Source: a bacterium (lineage in GTDB: Bacteria; UBA8248). From it: a DNA stretch of 64,000 nt. The notes beneath the pieces were generated by a model. The model did not search any database. It was not told the origin of the DNA and worked only from the letters and a program-made list of their open reading frames with translations. Position 1 is the stretch's first letter; each line of letters starts with the position of its first letter. This document shows positions 1 through 9,646 of this stretch, piece after piece. The translations under genes and the position numbers were made by a program. The stretch lies in contig OZ242260.1 in the NCBI GenBank assembly GCA_965207065.1, positions 2,848,001-2,912,000 of the forward strand, in the 5' to 3' direction.

Positions 1-599
1 GGTCGGCCGTGGACCCTGCTGCTTGCGGGCTCTGGACGGCGAAGCGTGCTGGCATCAATCCTGGCGATACGGTCGTGATATTGGGTTCCGGACCCATCGG
101 TGTTTTTGCATATGAATCCGTCAAGGCGATGGGCGCAGGACGCATAATCGTTGTGGGCGGTGGCAGGAGGCTCGAGATTCTAGAGGAACAAGGCGCTGAA
201 GTTGTCAGTTACCGAGATGGCGGTGTGCCGGAACGGATTGATGAGATGACCCGCGGGAAAAAAGCCAACGTCGTGCTGGAGACGGCTGGAACCACGGATA
301 GCTTCAAATGGAGTGTGGATTGCGGCGGCAAAGGCGCGCGAGTCGCCATTACCGGCATACCGGACAACATTCCTGATATGGCATGGAAGCGCGTCGTGCT
401 CGAGGAAATGGATATTTTTGGTGTTCGGGCGAATCCCAACTGTGGAGATGAAGTATTATCACTCATTCAAGCCGGCAGGATGAATGTGGACCCATACATT
501 ACTCATCGGTTCCCCCTCAGAGAATACCAAGAAGCGCACGATACGTTTGTGGCTCGAAAAGATGGCGCTTTGTTGGTGAACCTGACTCCTGGAGCATAA
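1..599 (+). CDS. Zinc-binding alcohol dehydrogenase family protein (MDR), 5'-truncated by the window edge
   Basis: Rossmann motif VVILGSGPIG, VVLETAG, and C-terminal ITHRFPLREYQEA typical of threonine/sorbitol dehydrogenase-like MDRs. Confidence 0.85.
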   Translation, partial: SAVDPAACGLWTAKRAGINPGDTVVILGSGPIGVFAYESVKAMGAGRIIVVGGGRRLEILEEQGAEVVSYRDGGVPERIDEMTRGKKANVVLETAGTTDSFKWSVDCGGKGARVAITGIPDNIPDMAWKRVVLEEMDIFGVRANPNCGDEVLSLIQAGRMNVDPYITHRFPLREYQEAHDTFVARKDGALLVNLTPGA

Positions 600-604
600 C
601 GACA

Positions 605-1006
605 ATGTCTCAAGGCGAGATGAAATATGGCGCGAAGATGATTGCGGAGGCGAAGCTCGAAGCCGTTCCGAATCCATCAATGCAGCGCGATTACGTTGTA
701 GATTTCACCATTCCCGAATTCACTTGTCTTTGCCCGCTCAGTAATTTTCCCGACTTCGCCACAATTCGCATCAAATACGTTCCTGGTGAAATGATAGTGG
801 AGTTGAAATCCTTAAAACTCTACATCAATAATTACAGGGACCGGGAAATATTTCATGAACAGGTGGTCAGCACCATCCTTGACGACTTGGTTGAGGTTTG
901 CGCGCCGAAATGGGTGTGGATTGAAGGGGATTTTAACGTTAGAGGAAATATAAAAACAAAAATTCGAGCCACGCATGGTGTGAGACCACCAGATATTCCG
1001 GAATAG
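605..1006 (+). CDS. queF: NADPH-dependent 7-cyano-7-deazaguanine reductase (preQ1 synthase, short type I)
   Basis: PEFTCLCP with catalytic Cys, PDFATI, QueF motif VELKSLKLY, FHEQ, FNVRGNI. Confidence 0.95.
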   Translation: MSQGEMKYGAKMIAEAKLEAVPNPSMQRDYVVDFTIPEFTCLCPLSNFPDFATIRIKYVPGEMIVELKSLKLYINNYRDREIFHEQVVSTILDDLVEVCAPKWVWIEGDFNVRGNIKTKIRATHGVRPPDIPE

Positions 1007-1111
1007 ACGAATCGCTGATCAACTTGTAACGTTGCTCGGTGCAAAACAACTAACTTATAGTACTTAACATTAAACCCGATGAATTAAGCCATATTTCTCA
1101 ATGAGGTGGAA

Positions 1112-3361
1112 ATGACAGACTATAAAGTCGCGGGCATGGGCCTTACACGAATCGATGCACCTGACAAAGTAGCTGGCAGTGCAAAATATGCGGCTGACGT
1201 TCCATCGAGCCGTTCACTCATCGGTCTAGTCTTGGGTAGTCCGCATCCGTATGCGAAAGTACTGAGCGTAGATGCGAGTGAGGCGCGTAAGATACCTGGC
1301 GTCCGGGCAGTCGTGACGCGAGATGACGCCCCCCGCATTCGATTCGGCGCCAACATCAAAGATCAGAGTTGGTTTGCGCAGGATGGCTTTGTTCGATATG
1401 GCGGAGAACCTGTGGCTGCTGTGGCCGCCGAAGATATGGATGCCGCTCAAGCGGCAATTGAATCGATTCAGGTGGACTATGAAGTTTTAGAGCCAGTGGT
1501 AAACGGCTTGGACAGCCGGGCAGGCGAGGGTCTTGCCGTCCACGAAGATTGGCAAGATTTGGGACTTGGCCCGAATGCAGACAAAAACATTATCGCCCGA
1601 TTTGAAAAAGAAATTGGAAATGTCGACGCCGGATACAAAGAGGCGGATCGCATTTTTGAGCACACATTTTCTACACCATTCGTACATGCCGGCTATATTG
1701 AGCCTCACGCTTGCGTTGCCGAGGCAGGTGCAGACGGAAAAGTCACAATCTGGACAACCACGCAGGATGCATGGTCCATCCGGGCGGACGTGGCTGAGGC
1801 GCTTGGCCTCCCGGCAACTCATGTTCGAGTCATTCCTACTGAAATCGGCGGTGGGTTTGGCGCTAAGCTAAAGAGTACTTATGAGCACCTAGCCGCTCTT
1901 TTGGCTTTGAAAACTGACCAGTCTGTGCGCATGGAGATGACGCGCGAGGAAGATCATATCGGGGTGAATCCGAGACACCCGCATTTCATTACGATCCGCA
2001 CAGCGGTGAAGAATGATGGTACATTTGTCGCTCGGGAGCTTGATGTCACGATGGATCATGGCGCCTATGGCCGAGGCGCACCGTTTCAATGCAGTAGCAA
2101 GATGCTGATGGGTTCATGCTCGTATCGTATCCCCAACGTTAGGATTCGTGCTTGTACGGTATATACCAATGGCCCCGTTTGTGGTCCCGTGCGTGCTCCC
2201 AGCGGTCCCCAGTACCACTTTGCCACTGAAGTGCAGATGGACATCATCGCGCGCGAGATGGGGATTGACCCACTCGAGATAAGGCGAATTAATTCCCTTC
2301 GGCCTGGAGATGAGACGCTGGCTGGGAAGGAGCCGGCTCCGTCCATGCGTAGTGTGCTTGACTCAACTGCCGTGGAAGGCATGTGGGGAAAGAAAATTGA
2401 GGCTAACGGAGAGCTCGAGGGAGATGGCTGGAAGCTCGGCCGCGGCATAGCTTGCGGATATTGGCCGGGTCCTGGGGAGGCGTCTAGTTGCACGGTTCGC
2501 CTGAATCAAGACGGCACCGTACAAGTGGTAGCGGGAACGGTGAACCTTACGGGTATGAGCACTTCCATATGCCAACTTGCCGCAGAGGAATTGGGCGTTA
2601 GTTTGGATGAAGTGCGGTACACGAACGGAGATACAGATTCGGTTCCCGAATCATCGGCGGCGTCAGGCAGTAAGGCGACGCGCGCGGTTGGAATGGCAAC
2701 TTTGAGTGCCGCCCGTGATTTGCGGAACAAAATCTTGAATGTGGCGAGTATAAAACTCGAAGCCGCTGCGGATGATCTGGTTTTGGAAGATGGACAAGTC
2801 AAAGTGGCTTCAGCGCCCGACCGAGCTATGTCTCTTGCACAGGTGGCCAAGGCGGCGCCTGAAATTCAGGGATTTTTAATCGGACAAGGTGAAAGCGCAA
2901 AGCCTCCCCCATGTCCGATACATACCGGACAGGTGGCGGATGTAGCCGTGAATCCGGAGCTTGGTGAGGTCAGGGTTTTGCGCCTTACATGCGTGCAGGA
3001 CGTGGGATTTGCCATAAACCCATTGTCCGTGGTGGGACAAATTGAAGGCGCCATGCTCCAGGGACTCGGATTGGCCCTCATGGAAGAGCAACCCAGGCGC
3101 CCGGATGGTAATTTGCATGGCGATACCTTCCATGAATATCTGATACCTACCAGCATGGATATGCCTGAATTGAATGCCGTTTTGTATGATAACCCGGCCG
3201 AGGGTACGCCCTATGGGATGCGAGGCGTGGGTGAACCGCCCATTGTGGCGACTGCGGCGGCGATTGTGAATGCCATTCAAGACGCTGTTGGTACACCAGT
3301 TTTCTCATTACCTGTTGGCCCGCATCATATTCGAGAGGCTCTGGCTACGAACAGCGTATAA
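1112..3361 (+). CDS. Xanthine dehydrogenase family molybdopterin-binding (large) subunit
   Basis: RIDAPDKVAGSAKYAAD, HAGYIEPHA, IGGGFGAK, GQIEGAMLQGLG, RGVGEPP motifs; RBS GAGGTGG before ATG 1112. Confidence 0.92.
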   Translation: MTDYKVAGMGLTRIDAPDKVAGSAKYAADVPSSRSLIGLVLGSPHPYAKVLSVDASEARKIPGVRAVVTRDDAPRIRFGANIKDQSWFAQDGFVRYGGEPVAAVAAEDMDAAQAAIESIQVDYEVLEPVVNGLDSRAGEGLAVHEDWQDLGLGPNADKNIIARFEKEIGNVDAGYKEADRIFEHTFSTPFVHAGYIEPHACVAEAGADGKVTIWTTTQDAWSIRADVAEALGLPATHVRVIPTEIGGGFGAKLKSTYEHLAALLALKTDQSVRMEMTREEDHIGVNPRHPHFITIRTAVKNDGTFVARELDVTMDHGAYGRGAPFQCSSKMLMGSCSYRIPNVRIRACTVYTNGPVCGPVRAPSGPQYHFATEVQMDIIAREMGIDPLEIRRINSLRPGDETLAGKEPAPSMRSVLDSTAVEGMWGKKIEANGELEGDGWKLGRGIACGYWPGPGEASSCTVRLNQDGTVQVVAGTVNLTGMSTSICQLAAEELGVSLDEVRYTNGDTDSVPESSAASGSKATRAVGMATLSAARDLRNKILNVASIKLEAAADDLVLEDGQVKVASAPDRAMSLAQVAKAAPEIQGFLIGQGESAKPPPCPIHTGQVADVAVNPELGEVRVLRLTCVQDVGFAINPLSVVGQIEGAMLQGLGLALMEEQPRRPDGNLHGDTFHEYLIPTSMDMPELNAVLYDNPAEGTPYGMRGVGEPPIVATAAAIVNAIQDAVGTPVFSLPVGPHHIREALATNSV

Positions 3362-3392
3362 ATCACACCCGATACTTATCAAGGAGAATCCA

Positions 3393-4058
3393 ATGCCTGT
3401 AGACGAAGGAACAAGTTTGCCGGATAGTTTGGGCGTGACCGATGAGATGATGGCATGTCCTTTACCAAGGTTGCCTTTCGTTGATCCTGACAATGTTCCC
3501 GACGAACTCAAGGAAGAACTCGCTCCGCTCTACGATTGGTCGAAACGGATGTGGGGCACTGTCCCACGCTTTTTACAGCTTTTGGGAAATTCACCCCCTA
3601 CTGTGGAAGGATGGATGTTGCTCGACCAGAAGCTCCGTACGAATCGATTGAAAACGGAGTCCGATTACATTCGACTCATGGAACTGGTCATCGTCAAAAC
3701 GGCCATTTTGACAGAGTGCAACAACTGAATCGGGCACAATGTGGAGCTCGGTCGAGCTCTGGGTCTTACGCAGGATCAAATCAACATGTTGGAAGGCGAT
3801 GATTGGAATGAAAGTGATTTGTTCGATGACAAGGAGAAAGCCGTTATCCGTTGGGCGGATGAAGTATCGAAGTTCAGAGCGAAGAACAATGACTTCGCAT
3901 TCAATGAGATGAAAAAATATTTCTCCAATCGGCAGATCGTGGAACTCACTTTTATTTGTGGGATGTGGCATCTTTCGGGAAGACTGGCCGAGGCGCTCCA
4001 CCTGGTTGTGGAACCACCGGGAGGGCGCATCGAATTTCAGGCAGAAGACATGGCGTAA
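3393..4058 (+). CDS. AhpD/carboxymuconolactone-decarboxylase-like protein, probable selenoprotein (C109-N-N-U112; UGA at 3726-3728)
   Basis: RBS AAGGAG at 3381, ATG 3393. ORFs 3270-3728 and 3741-4058 are in the same frame and join across one TGA, giving ELVIVKTAILTECNN-U-IGHNVELGRALGLT, the CxxC..H motif of AhpD/CMD. SECIS-like hairpin follows. Confidence 0.85.
3743..3760 (+). promoter_or_regulatory. Putative bacterial SECIS element
   Basis: Hairpin (G)GAGCTC-GGTC-GAGCTC(T); first loop G is 22 nt after the UGA. Confidence 0.7.
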
Positions 4059-4334
4059 ACACAAGCTTCATCGTCAAATACATTTGTTGAGCGATCCTTG
4101 CGTTGTGTCGTTTTGGCTTGATATACGCGTGCGCATACAAATCATCTCCAACATTTGCTCATCTGAAATTCATCTTTCCGGCTTCCATTTTCGTTTTTTC
4201 GACTGACTATTTCATCCGCCCATGATATGAAACATGTTTTGAACAATGCATTTTTATCGGTTGAAAAATAAGGATATATACATAAAAAAAGAATTGCTTT
4301 TTTTGAAGATTTTTGTATACTCACGCGCTTTGTG

Positions 4335-4562
4335 ATGTCGCCTGTGAATAATCCGGGCAAATTCGAATTGAGCCGCCCAATGAATGAGGAAGAAATGCTC
4401 GAGTTCAATGAAAGTGTTGCTGTCTTGGATCAAGAGTTTTTCGCTGAGTCTGGCGATGTTTTGCCAACGGATGTGGACAATGATGTGTCTGATGACGGTG
4501 CAAGTAACGATTTCTCCTTCTTAAGTGACGGCGAAGGAGGCAATGCTCCTGCTGCTTATTAG
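4335..4562 (+). CDS. Small, very acidic hypothetical protein
   Basis: ~75-codon ORF rich in D/E, between an AT-rich promoter-like region and a terminator; no recognisable family. Confidence 0.45.
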   Translation: MSPVNNPGKFELSRPMNEEEMLEFNESVAVLDQEFFAESGDVLPTDVDNDVSDDGASNDFSFLSDGEGGNAPAAY

Positions 4563-4585
4563 CATCCAACAGGAGAAAATGATTC

Positions 4586-4619
4586 AGCGCCCGGTTGAGA
4601 TTTCAGCCGGGCGTTTTTT
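4586..4619 (+). terminator. Rho-independent terminator
   Basis: GC-rich stem CGCCCGGTTGA...TCAGCCGGGCG followed by TTTTTT. Confidence 0.75.
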
Positions 4620-4674
4620 GTCCTGAAATATCTGTAATATGGAATTTACTTCATAACTATTGGAAGAAATTGTG

Positions 4675-5520
4675 ATGGCGACAGACGAACTGACGATTCA
4701 TCATGAAGACTTGCGTGGCCGCATTCTCTCAACGGATTCGATGACCTATTTTGACGAAAGGGTTGAAGAACGGGACGTTCTCATTGGAGGCTCTTACGCC
4801 GCACGCATGACGATGGCGTGGGCAATGCGCCTGGGTGCGAGGGCAATCGTTGCCCATGCGGCAGGAGTAGGAAAAGATGACGCGGGTATAAGCGGTCTCC
4901 GGTTGGCCCAGGAATATCATGTGCCTGCATTGGCATGTGAGACAATGTCCGCAAGACTCGCCGTTGGAGTATCCGTTTATGAAGGCGAAGTCGGCCATGC
5001 GAATCAAGTGGCCCAAAGTCTCGGTGTTGAAATCGGTCAATCCATTGCTGAAGCTTCGAAAATTTTGCTCGATGCCGATGTGGGCCGGGAAGTGATTGTG
5101 GAGGAAAGCCTGGATGATAGAATTTATGAGCTAGAGCATTTGCCTGATGGTAACATACGCGCTTCATGGGGAATTCCCGTCCTGCGTTCTATCCAGGAAC
5201 CAAGGCCCCAAGATGTTTTTATCCAAGCCTCGCATTGCGGACTTACTCTCGTACCGCATGTCATGAAGCTTAATTTAAAGGGTGTTATTGCCAATGATGC
5301 AGGACGGGGGAAAGATGACTCCGGCATCGCATCTTTCCCCTACCTGGCGCGGGAGGGGATTGCGGTGGCGGCGGTCGGCGCCATGAGTGCGCGAATTGGT
5401 GATGTGATGAGCACCTGGCAGGAAGGCATTATTTCATGCATGAACGAAGTGGCGGAGAAGCGTGGGGTGCGAGAAGGCATGATGACGCGAGAGGCGGCTA
5501 TCGCAATGCTCAATGCGTAG
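4675..5520 (+). CDS. Conserved hypothetical protein with an internal two-fold domain repeat
   Basis: Halves share AG(V/R)GKDD(A/S)GI...MSAR(L/I)...N(Q/E)VA..(L/R)GV..G motifs. Confidence 0.75.
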   Translation: MATDELTIHHEDLRGRILSTDSMTYFDERVEERDVLIGGSYAARMTMAWAMRLGARAIVAHAAGVGKDDAGISGLRLAQEYHVPALACETMSARLAVGVSVYEGEVGHANQVAQSLGVEIGQSIAEASKILLDADVGREVIVEESLDDRIYELEHLPDGNIRASWGIPVLRSIQEPRPQDVFIQASHCGLTLVPHVMKLNLKGVIANDAGRGKDDSGIASFPYLAREGIAVAAVGAMSARIGDVMSTWQEGIISCMNEVAEKRGVREGMMTREAAIAMLNA

Positions 5521-5538
5521 GATTTACCAGAAATTATC

Positions 5539-5614
5539 TGGTGGAGGTGAGGGGATTCGAACCCCTGACCTCGTGGGTGCGATCCACGCGCTCTCCCATC
5601 TGAGCTACACCCCC
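5539..5614 (-). tRNA. tRNA-Ala (anticodon CGC)
   Basis: Minus strand GGGGGTGTAGCTCAGATGGGAGAGCGCGTGGAT-CGC-ACCCACGAGGTCAGGGGTTCGAATCCCCTCACCTCCACCA; G3:U70 alanine determinant, encoded CCA. Confidence 0.95.
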
Positions 5615-5628
5615 ACAAAAGGAACTTG

Positions 5629-5657
5629 AAGGTAGGCGAAGGAGCTACGGGTGTCAA
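5629..5657 (-). promoter_or_regulatory. Sigma70-type promoter of tRNA-Ala
   Basis: TTGACA (5657-5652), 17-nt spacer, TACCTT (5634-5629) on the minus strand. Confidence 0.7.
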
Positions 5658-5667
5658 GTGAAATAGG

Positions 5668-5960
5668 GAGAGCCGATGAAGAACTCCCCCTAGGAGACTT
5701 CACCGGCTCTCGACCTGCCACAGAGTCCGCCCGTTTCCCCCGCAGCAGGGAGTTGCTTTTGACTAAAGTGGGAGCCAAGGACTCAACCCCTGAGGTATAT
5801 TATCCTTGGCTCCCGATCCTGCTGCAGAGTCCGCCCGTTTCCCCCGCAGCAAGAAAATTCACTGAAATTCCATTTTGGTGAGAGTCGGGGGACAACCCTC
5901 CAAGGATTTTCCCCCGACTCTCGTCCCGTCGCAGAGTCCGCCCGTTTCCCCCACGACGGG
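5668..5960 (-). ncRNA. Three tandem copies of an unassigned two-hairpin structured RNA motif
   Basis: Invariant 20-mer (plus strand AGAGTCCGCCCGTTTCCCCC at 5722, 5826, 5933) enclosed by unit-specific complementary stems, each next to a second 12-14 bp hairpin; all stem mismatches become G-U on the minus strand. Confidence 0.7.
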
Positions 5961-5969
5961 TAAGCTATA

Positions 5970-8900
5970 TCAAGAACATCCACTCGTCGCGCCACAAGTC
6001 ATACATTTCAGGCACGTCCCGTTTCGCACTAAGGTGAACAAACCACAATCGCTGCAAGCTTCCCCCTCATACCCTTTCGCGCGGGCTTCTTCGATGCGTG
6101 AATCAATTGCGGAGCTTGCTTCCGTTATGGGTGTCATCGAAGTTTGGGTGGATTCTGTCTCATAATTCAGACTTATCCGGTCGCTGCGCGGTGCGCTTGC
6201 ATCCGGTCCCGGGAATATGGTTTGAATCTCTTCTTCTTCCTCGGTATCGAATTCCGGAATCTCTTCCTGGGGGCGCCCGATGGTGTCGCTCCTCAAGTCC
6301 TCCGACACGACTTGCGCCAGGTCGTGGCGACCGAGATATGAAACCGCCAGTTCACGGAAGATGTAATCGATGATGGATGTGCTCATCTTGATGTGCGGGT
6401 TGCCCGAGACCATACCCCCCGGCTCGAATCGTGTGAATACGAAGGCATCCACGAATTCATCCAATGGGACGCCGTGTTGGAGCCCCAGCGAAATTGCGAT
6501 GGCGAAACAATTCATGAGGCTTCTGAAGGCAGCGCCTTCTTTGTGCATATCTATGAAAATTTCGCCGATGGAGCCGTCCTCGTACTCACCGGTTCTAAGA
6601 TATACCTTGTGACCGCCAATGACGGCTTTTTGTGTGTATCCACCGCGGCGGGTAGGCAACTTGCGTCTTCTGGACTGGTAAATGATCCGGCGCACAATCT
6701 GCTGGGCTACATGCACGGGGGCACTTTGGGTAGCTGGTTCTTCTTCGCCGATATCACTGAAGAGTTCTGCTTCGCTTTGTGCGGAAAGTGGTTGGCTTAG
6801 TTTCGAGCCATCGCGGTAAATCGCTATGGCTTTGGTCATCCGCTGCCACGATTCGTTGTAGATGTCTAAAATATCTTGAATCGTTGATTCCGCGGGCATG
6901 TTGATGGTTTTGCTGATGGCGCCAGATATGAAAGGCTGCGCCGCCGCCATCATTCGAACATGGGCCATGGGGCTGATGAAACGCTTGCCTTCTCGTCCGC
7001 ATTTGCTCGCGCAATCAAAAACGGCTAGATGCTCTTCTTTTAGGTGGGGCGCCCCCTCAAGCGTCATTTTCCCGCAAACGAAATCATTCGCTTCGCTGAT
7101 TTGTTCTGGAGTGAAACCAATGGCTTCGAGCAGATTCAGGTTCCAGTCGGCTATTTGCGCTTCGCTGAGCCCTAATTGCTCAATGCAGAAGTCATCACCG
7201 AGGGAATGTTTGTTGAAGGCGAACTGGATTTCAAACGCCCCTTCGAGAGCAGCTTCCACTTTTTCCAGAGCCTTGCTCGTAAACCCTTTCTCGTGCAAAG
7301 ACTCTGGATTGATATGAGGAGCATTCGTGAGGGTCCCCCGCCCTCGGCAGTAGGCGACGATTTCGCGGATCTCTTCATCGTCATAGCCTAGATGCCGCAA
7401 GGCAGCGGGAACGGATTGGTTGATGATCTTGAAATAACCGCCTCCGGCCAGTTTTTTGAATTTCACCAAAGCAAAATCCGGCTCGATTCCCGTTGTGTCA
7501 CAATCCATCACCAAACCAATTGTGCCTGTCGGCGCGATGACAGTGGCTTGTGCGTTCCGGTAGCCGTTTCGATAGCCGATGGCCAAAGCATCATCCCACG
7601 CCTCACGCGCCGCTTGGAGAAGATAATGGGGGCAGATTTCCGCAGCGATTCCTGCTGGTGCCTTCGAGAGCATTTCGTATTCTGCCTCCGGCACAGAATA
7701 AGCTGCGCGGCGGTGGTTTCTCAGAACCCGCAACATGTGCTCTTGGTTGTCCTGATACCTTGAGAAAGCGCCCATTTCCCCTGCCATCTCGGCGCTGGTG
7801 GCATACGAGCAGCCGGTCATGATGGAGGTGAGAGCGCCGCACCATGCTTCCGCTTCAAGTGAGTCGTAAGGGATGCCAAGAACCATTAACAAGGTGCCCA
7901 GATTGGCGTACCCAAGTCCTAAAGTTCGATACTCGAATGAGCGTTTGGCTATTTCCGGACTGGGGAATTGCGCCATCAGTACTGAAATTTCGAGGACGAC
8001 TGTCCATAGGCGAATAACATGACGATAGTCTTCTATCTGAAAGTGGTTTTTTTCAGTATCCAAGAATTTTATGAGATTCATCGACGCTAGATTGCATGCG
8101 GTATCATCCAAGAACATGTATTCTGAGCAAGGATTAGAGCCGTTGATGCGACCATCGGCGGTGCACGTGTGCCAGTCGTTGATGGTTGTGTCAAATTGAA
8201 GGCCAGGGTCTGCGCAACACCACGCTGCATATCCAATCTGATTCCAAAGTTCTTTCGAACTGACGGAGTCCGCGATTTCGCCGTCAGTGCGCCGTATCAG
8301 GTTCCAATCCGAGTTTTTCTCGGTAGCTTCCATAAAATCATCTGAAACGCGGATGGAATTGTTCGAGTTTTGACCGGAAACCGAGATGTAGGCCTCGCCT
8401 TCCCAATTTGTATCGAGCTCTTCGAACTCGATTTCGGTGATGCCTTGACGTGCAAGTTGGAGAGTCCGATGGATATAATTATCCGGAACGCCGGCGAGTC
8501 TTGCGGCCCGAATTGCTTTGGTGAGTGATGGGTTTTTATCCGGCTGGTACAAGTTGCCATTCAAGCTCAGGTTCTTTCCTTCCAGGCAAGCCCCGAGAAT
8601 GGCGTTCATGTGCCGGTTGCACATCTTGCTGCCCGAAACCAGGGCGGCCACTTTCTGTTCTTCGTGCACCTTCCAGTTGATGAATTCCTCGATGTCGGGG
8701 TGGTCGATGTCGAGCGTGACCATTTTCGCCGCGCGCCGAGTGGTGCCGCCCGACTTGATCGCGCCCGCGGCGCGATCCCCAATCTTGAGGAAACTCATGA
8801 GGCCGGAGCTTCTTCCACCTCCTGAGAGAGATTCCCCCTCCGCTCTCAAATTCGAGAAATTCGTGCCGGTGCCCGAGCCGTATTTGAAAATGCGCGCCTC

Positions 8901-9566
8901 GCGCGTCCATAAATTCATGATCCCGCCCTCGTTGACGAGATCATCTTTCACCGATTGGATGAAGCACGCATGCGGTTGAGGACGCTCATAGGCGTTGGTG
9001 GAGCGGAGTATTTCCCCGCTTTCGGGATCGCAATAAAAATGTCCCTGGGCGGGGCGCGTGATGCCGTAGGCCCAGTGCAGGCCCGTATTGAACCACTGTG
9101 GCGAGTTGGGGGCCGCCATCTGGCTCGCTAGTATGTATAAAAGCTCCTCATAGAACGCTTTGGCGTCTTTTTCCGCGTGAAAATAACCGTGTTTCCAGCC
9201 CCAATAGGTCCAGCATCCCGCCAGGCGATGGAAAACGTCCCGGGCGTCGCGCTCGCTTCCGAATCGCTCATCCTCGGGCAGGGACTCAAGTTTTTCCGTG
9301 TCCGGCTCCGAGCGCTGCAGCCATTCGGGCACTCCCTCTTCGGAAACTTTGTTTAAATGTGTGGGGACGCCGGCTTTTCGGAAGTATTTTTGCGCTAGAA
9401 TGTCGACGGCCACCTGAGACCAGCTCTCAGGCGCCATGATGTCCTTCGCTTCGAAGACGACCGAGCCGTCCGGGTTGGTGATGCGCGAGGTGCGCGGCGT
9501 GAAACCGACCTCGCCGTACGCGTCATCTCCGGCCCGGGTGAATCGCCTCGTAAACTCCACGCCCAT
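5970..9566 (-). CDS. nrdJ: Adenosylcobalamin-dependent (class II) ribonucleotide reductase with C-terminal TSCPD-like domain and zinc ribbon
   Basis: [62 protein letters not shown]-terminal CSDC...[14 protein letters not shown]. Confidence 0.97.
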   Translation of the reverse strand: MGVEFTRRFTRAGDDAYGEVGFTPRTSRITNPDGSVVFEAKDIMAPESWSQVAVDILAQKYFRKAGVPTHLNKVSEEGVPEWLQRSEPDTEKLESLPEDERFGSERDARDVFHRLAGCWTYWGWKHGYFHAEKDAKAFYEELLYILASQMAAPNSPQWFNTGLHWAYGITRPAQGHFYCDPESGEILRSTNAYERPQPHACFIQSVKDDLVNEGGIMNLWTREARIFKYGSGTGTNFSNLRAEGESLSGGGRSSGLMSFLKIGDRAAGAIKSGGTTRRAAKMVTLDIDHPDIEEFINWKVHEEQKVAALVSGSKMCNRHMNAILGACLEGKNLSLNGNLYQPDKNPSLTKAIRAARLAGVPDNYIHRTLQLARQGITEIEFEELDTNWEGEAYISVSGQNSNNSIRVSDDFMEATEKNSDWNLIRRTDGEIADSVSSKELWNQIGYAAWCCADPGLQFDTTINDWHTCTADGRINGSNPCSEYMFLDDTACNLASMNLIKFLDTEKNHFQIEDYRHVIRLWTVVLEISVLMAQFPSPEIAKRSFEYRTLGLGYANLGTLLMVLGIPYDSLEAEAWCGALTSIMTGCSYATSAEMAGEMGAFSRYQDNQEHMLRVLRNHRRAAYSVPEAEYEMLSKAPAGIAAEICPHYLLQAAREAWDDALAIGYRNGYRNAQATVIAPTGTIGLVMDCDTTGIEPDFALVKFKKLAGGGYFKIINQSVPAALRHLGYDDEEIREIVAYCRGRGTLTNAPHINPESLHEKGFTSKALEKVEAALEGAFEIQFAFNKHSLGDDFCIEQLGLSEAQIADWNLNLLEAIGFTPEQISEANDFVCGKMTLEGAPHLKEEHLAVFDCASKCGREGKRFISPMAHVRMMAAAQPFISGAISKTINMPAESTIQDILDIYNESWQRMTKAIAIYRDGSKLSQPLSAQSEAELFSDIGEEEPATQSAPVHVAQQIVRRIIYQSRRRKLPTRRGGYTQKAVIGGHKVYLRTGEYEDGSIGEIFIDMHKEGAAFRSLMNCFAIAISLGLQHGVPLDEFVDAFVFTRFEPGGMVSGNPHIKMSTSIIDYIFRELAVSYLGRHDLAQVVSEDLRSDTIGRPQEEIPEFDTEEEEEIQTIFPGPDASAPRSDRISLNYETESTQTSMTPITEASSAIDSRIEEARAKGYEGEACSDCGLFTLVRNGTCLKCMTCGATSGCS

Positions 9567-9630
9567 TCTCCTCCGCTAGGAACGCCCCGCTATGCCGGGG
9601 TCATATTTAGTATGGCGAAATCAAGCGGCA

Positions 9631-9646
9631 ACACTAAATGTAGTAT
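9631..9646. promoter_or_regulatory. Putative NrdR box overlapping the nrdJ -10 region (second candidate box at 9716-9731)
   Basis: ACACTAAATGTAGTAT resembles the NrdR consensus acaCwAtATaTwGtgt; minus-strand TTGACA (9666-9661), 18 nt, TACATT (9642-9637). Confidence 0.65.

Noticed and set aside
1062-4160. dif-like half sites (ACTTAACATTA near 1062; GTGCGCATAC near 4129)
   Set aside because: Each lacks a correctly spaced partner arm
5539-5614. tRNA-Ala (or tRNA-fMet at 54388) as an island integration site
   Set aside because: No duplicated tRNA 3' end and no integrase found within the window
5722-5952. CRISPR array or TIGR-like guide array interpretation of the three repeats
   Set aside because: Intervening segments are ~84-87 nt and self-complementary with conserved architecture rather than free spacers; no cas or Nop-domain gene is nearby
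5651-6165. Short plus-strand ORFs with repeated QSPPVSP peptides
   Set aside because: The repeats fall in different frames and variation preserves base pairing, not codons
5970-9566. Intein or intron in nrdJ
   Set aside because: Catalytic motifs are contiguous, with no splice-junction or homing-endonuclease motifs seen
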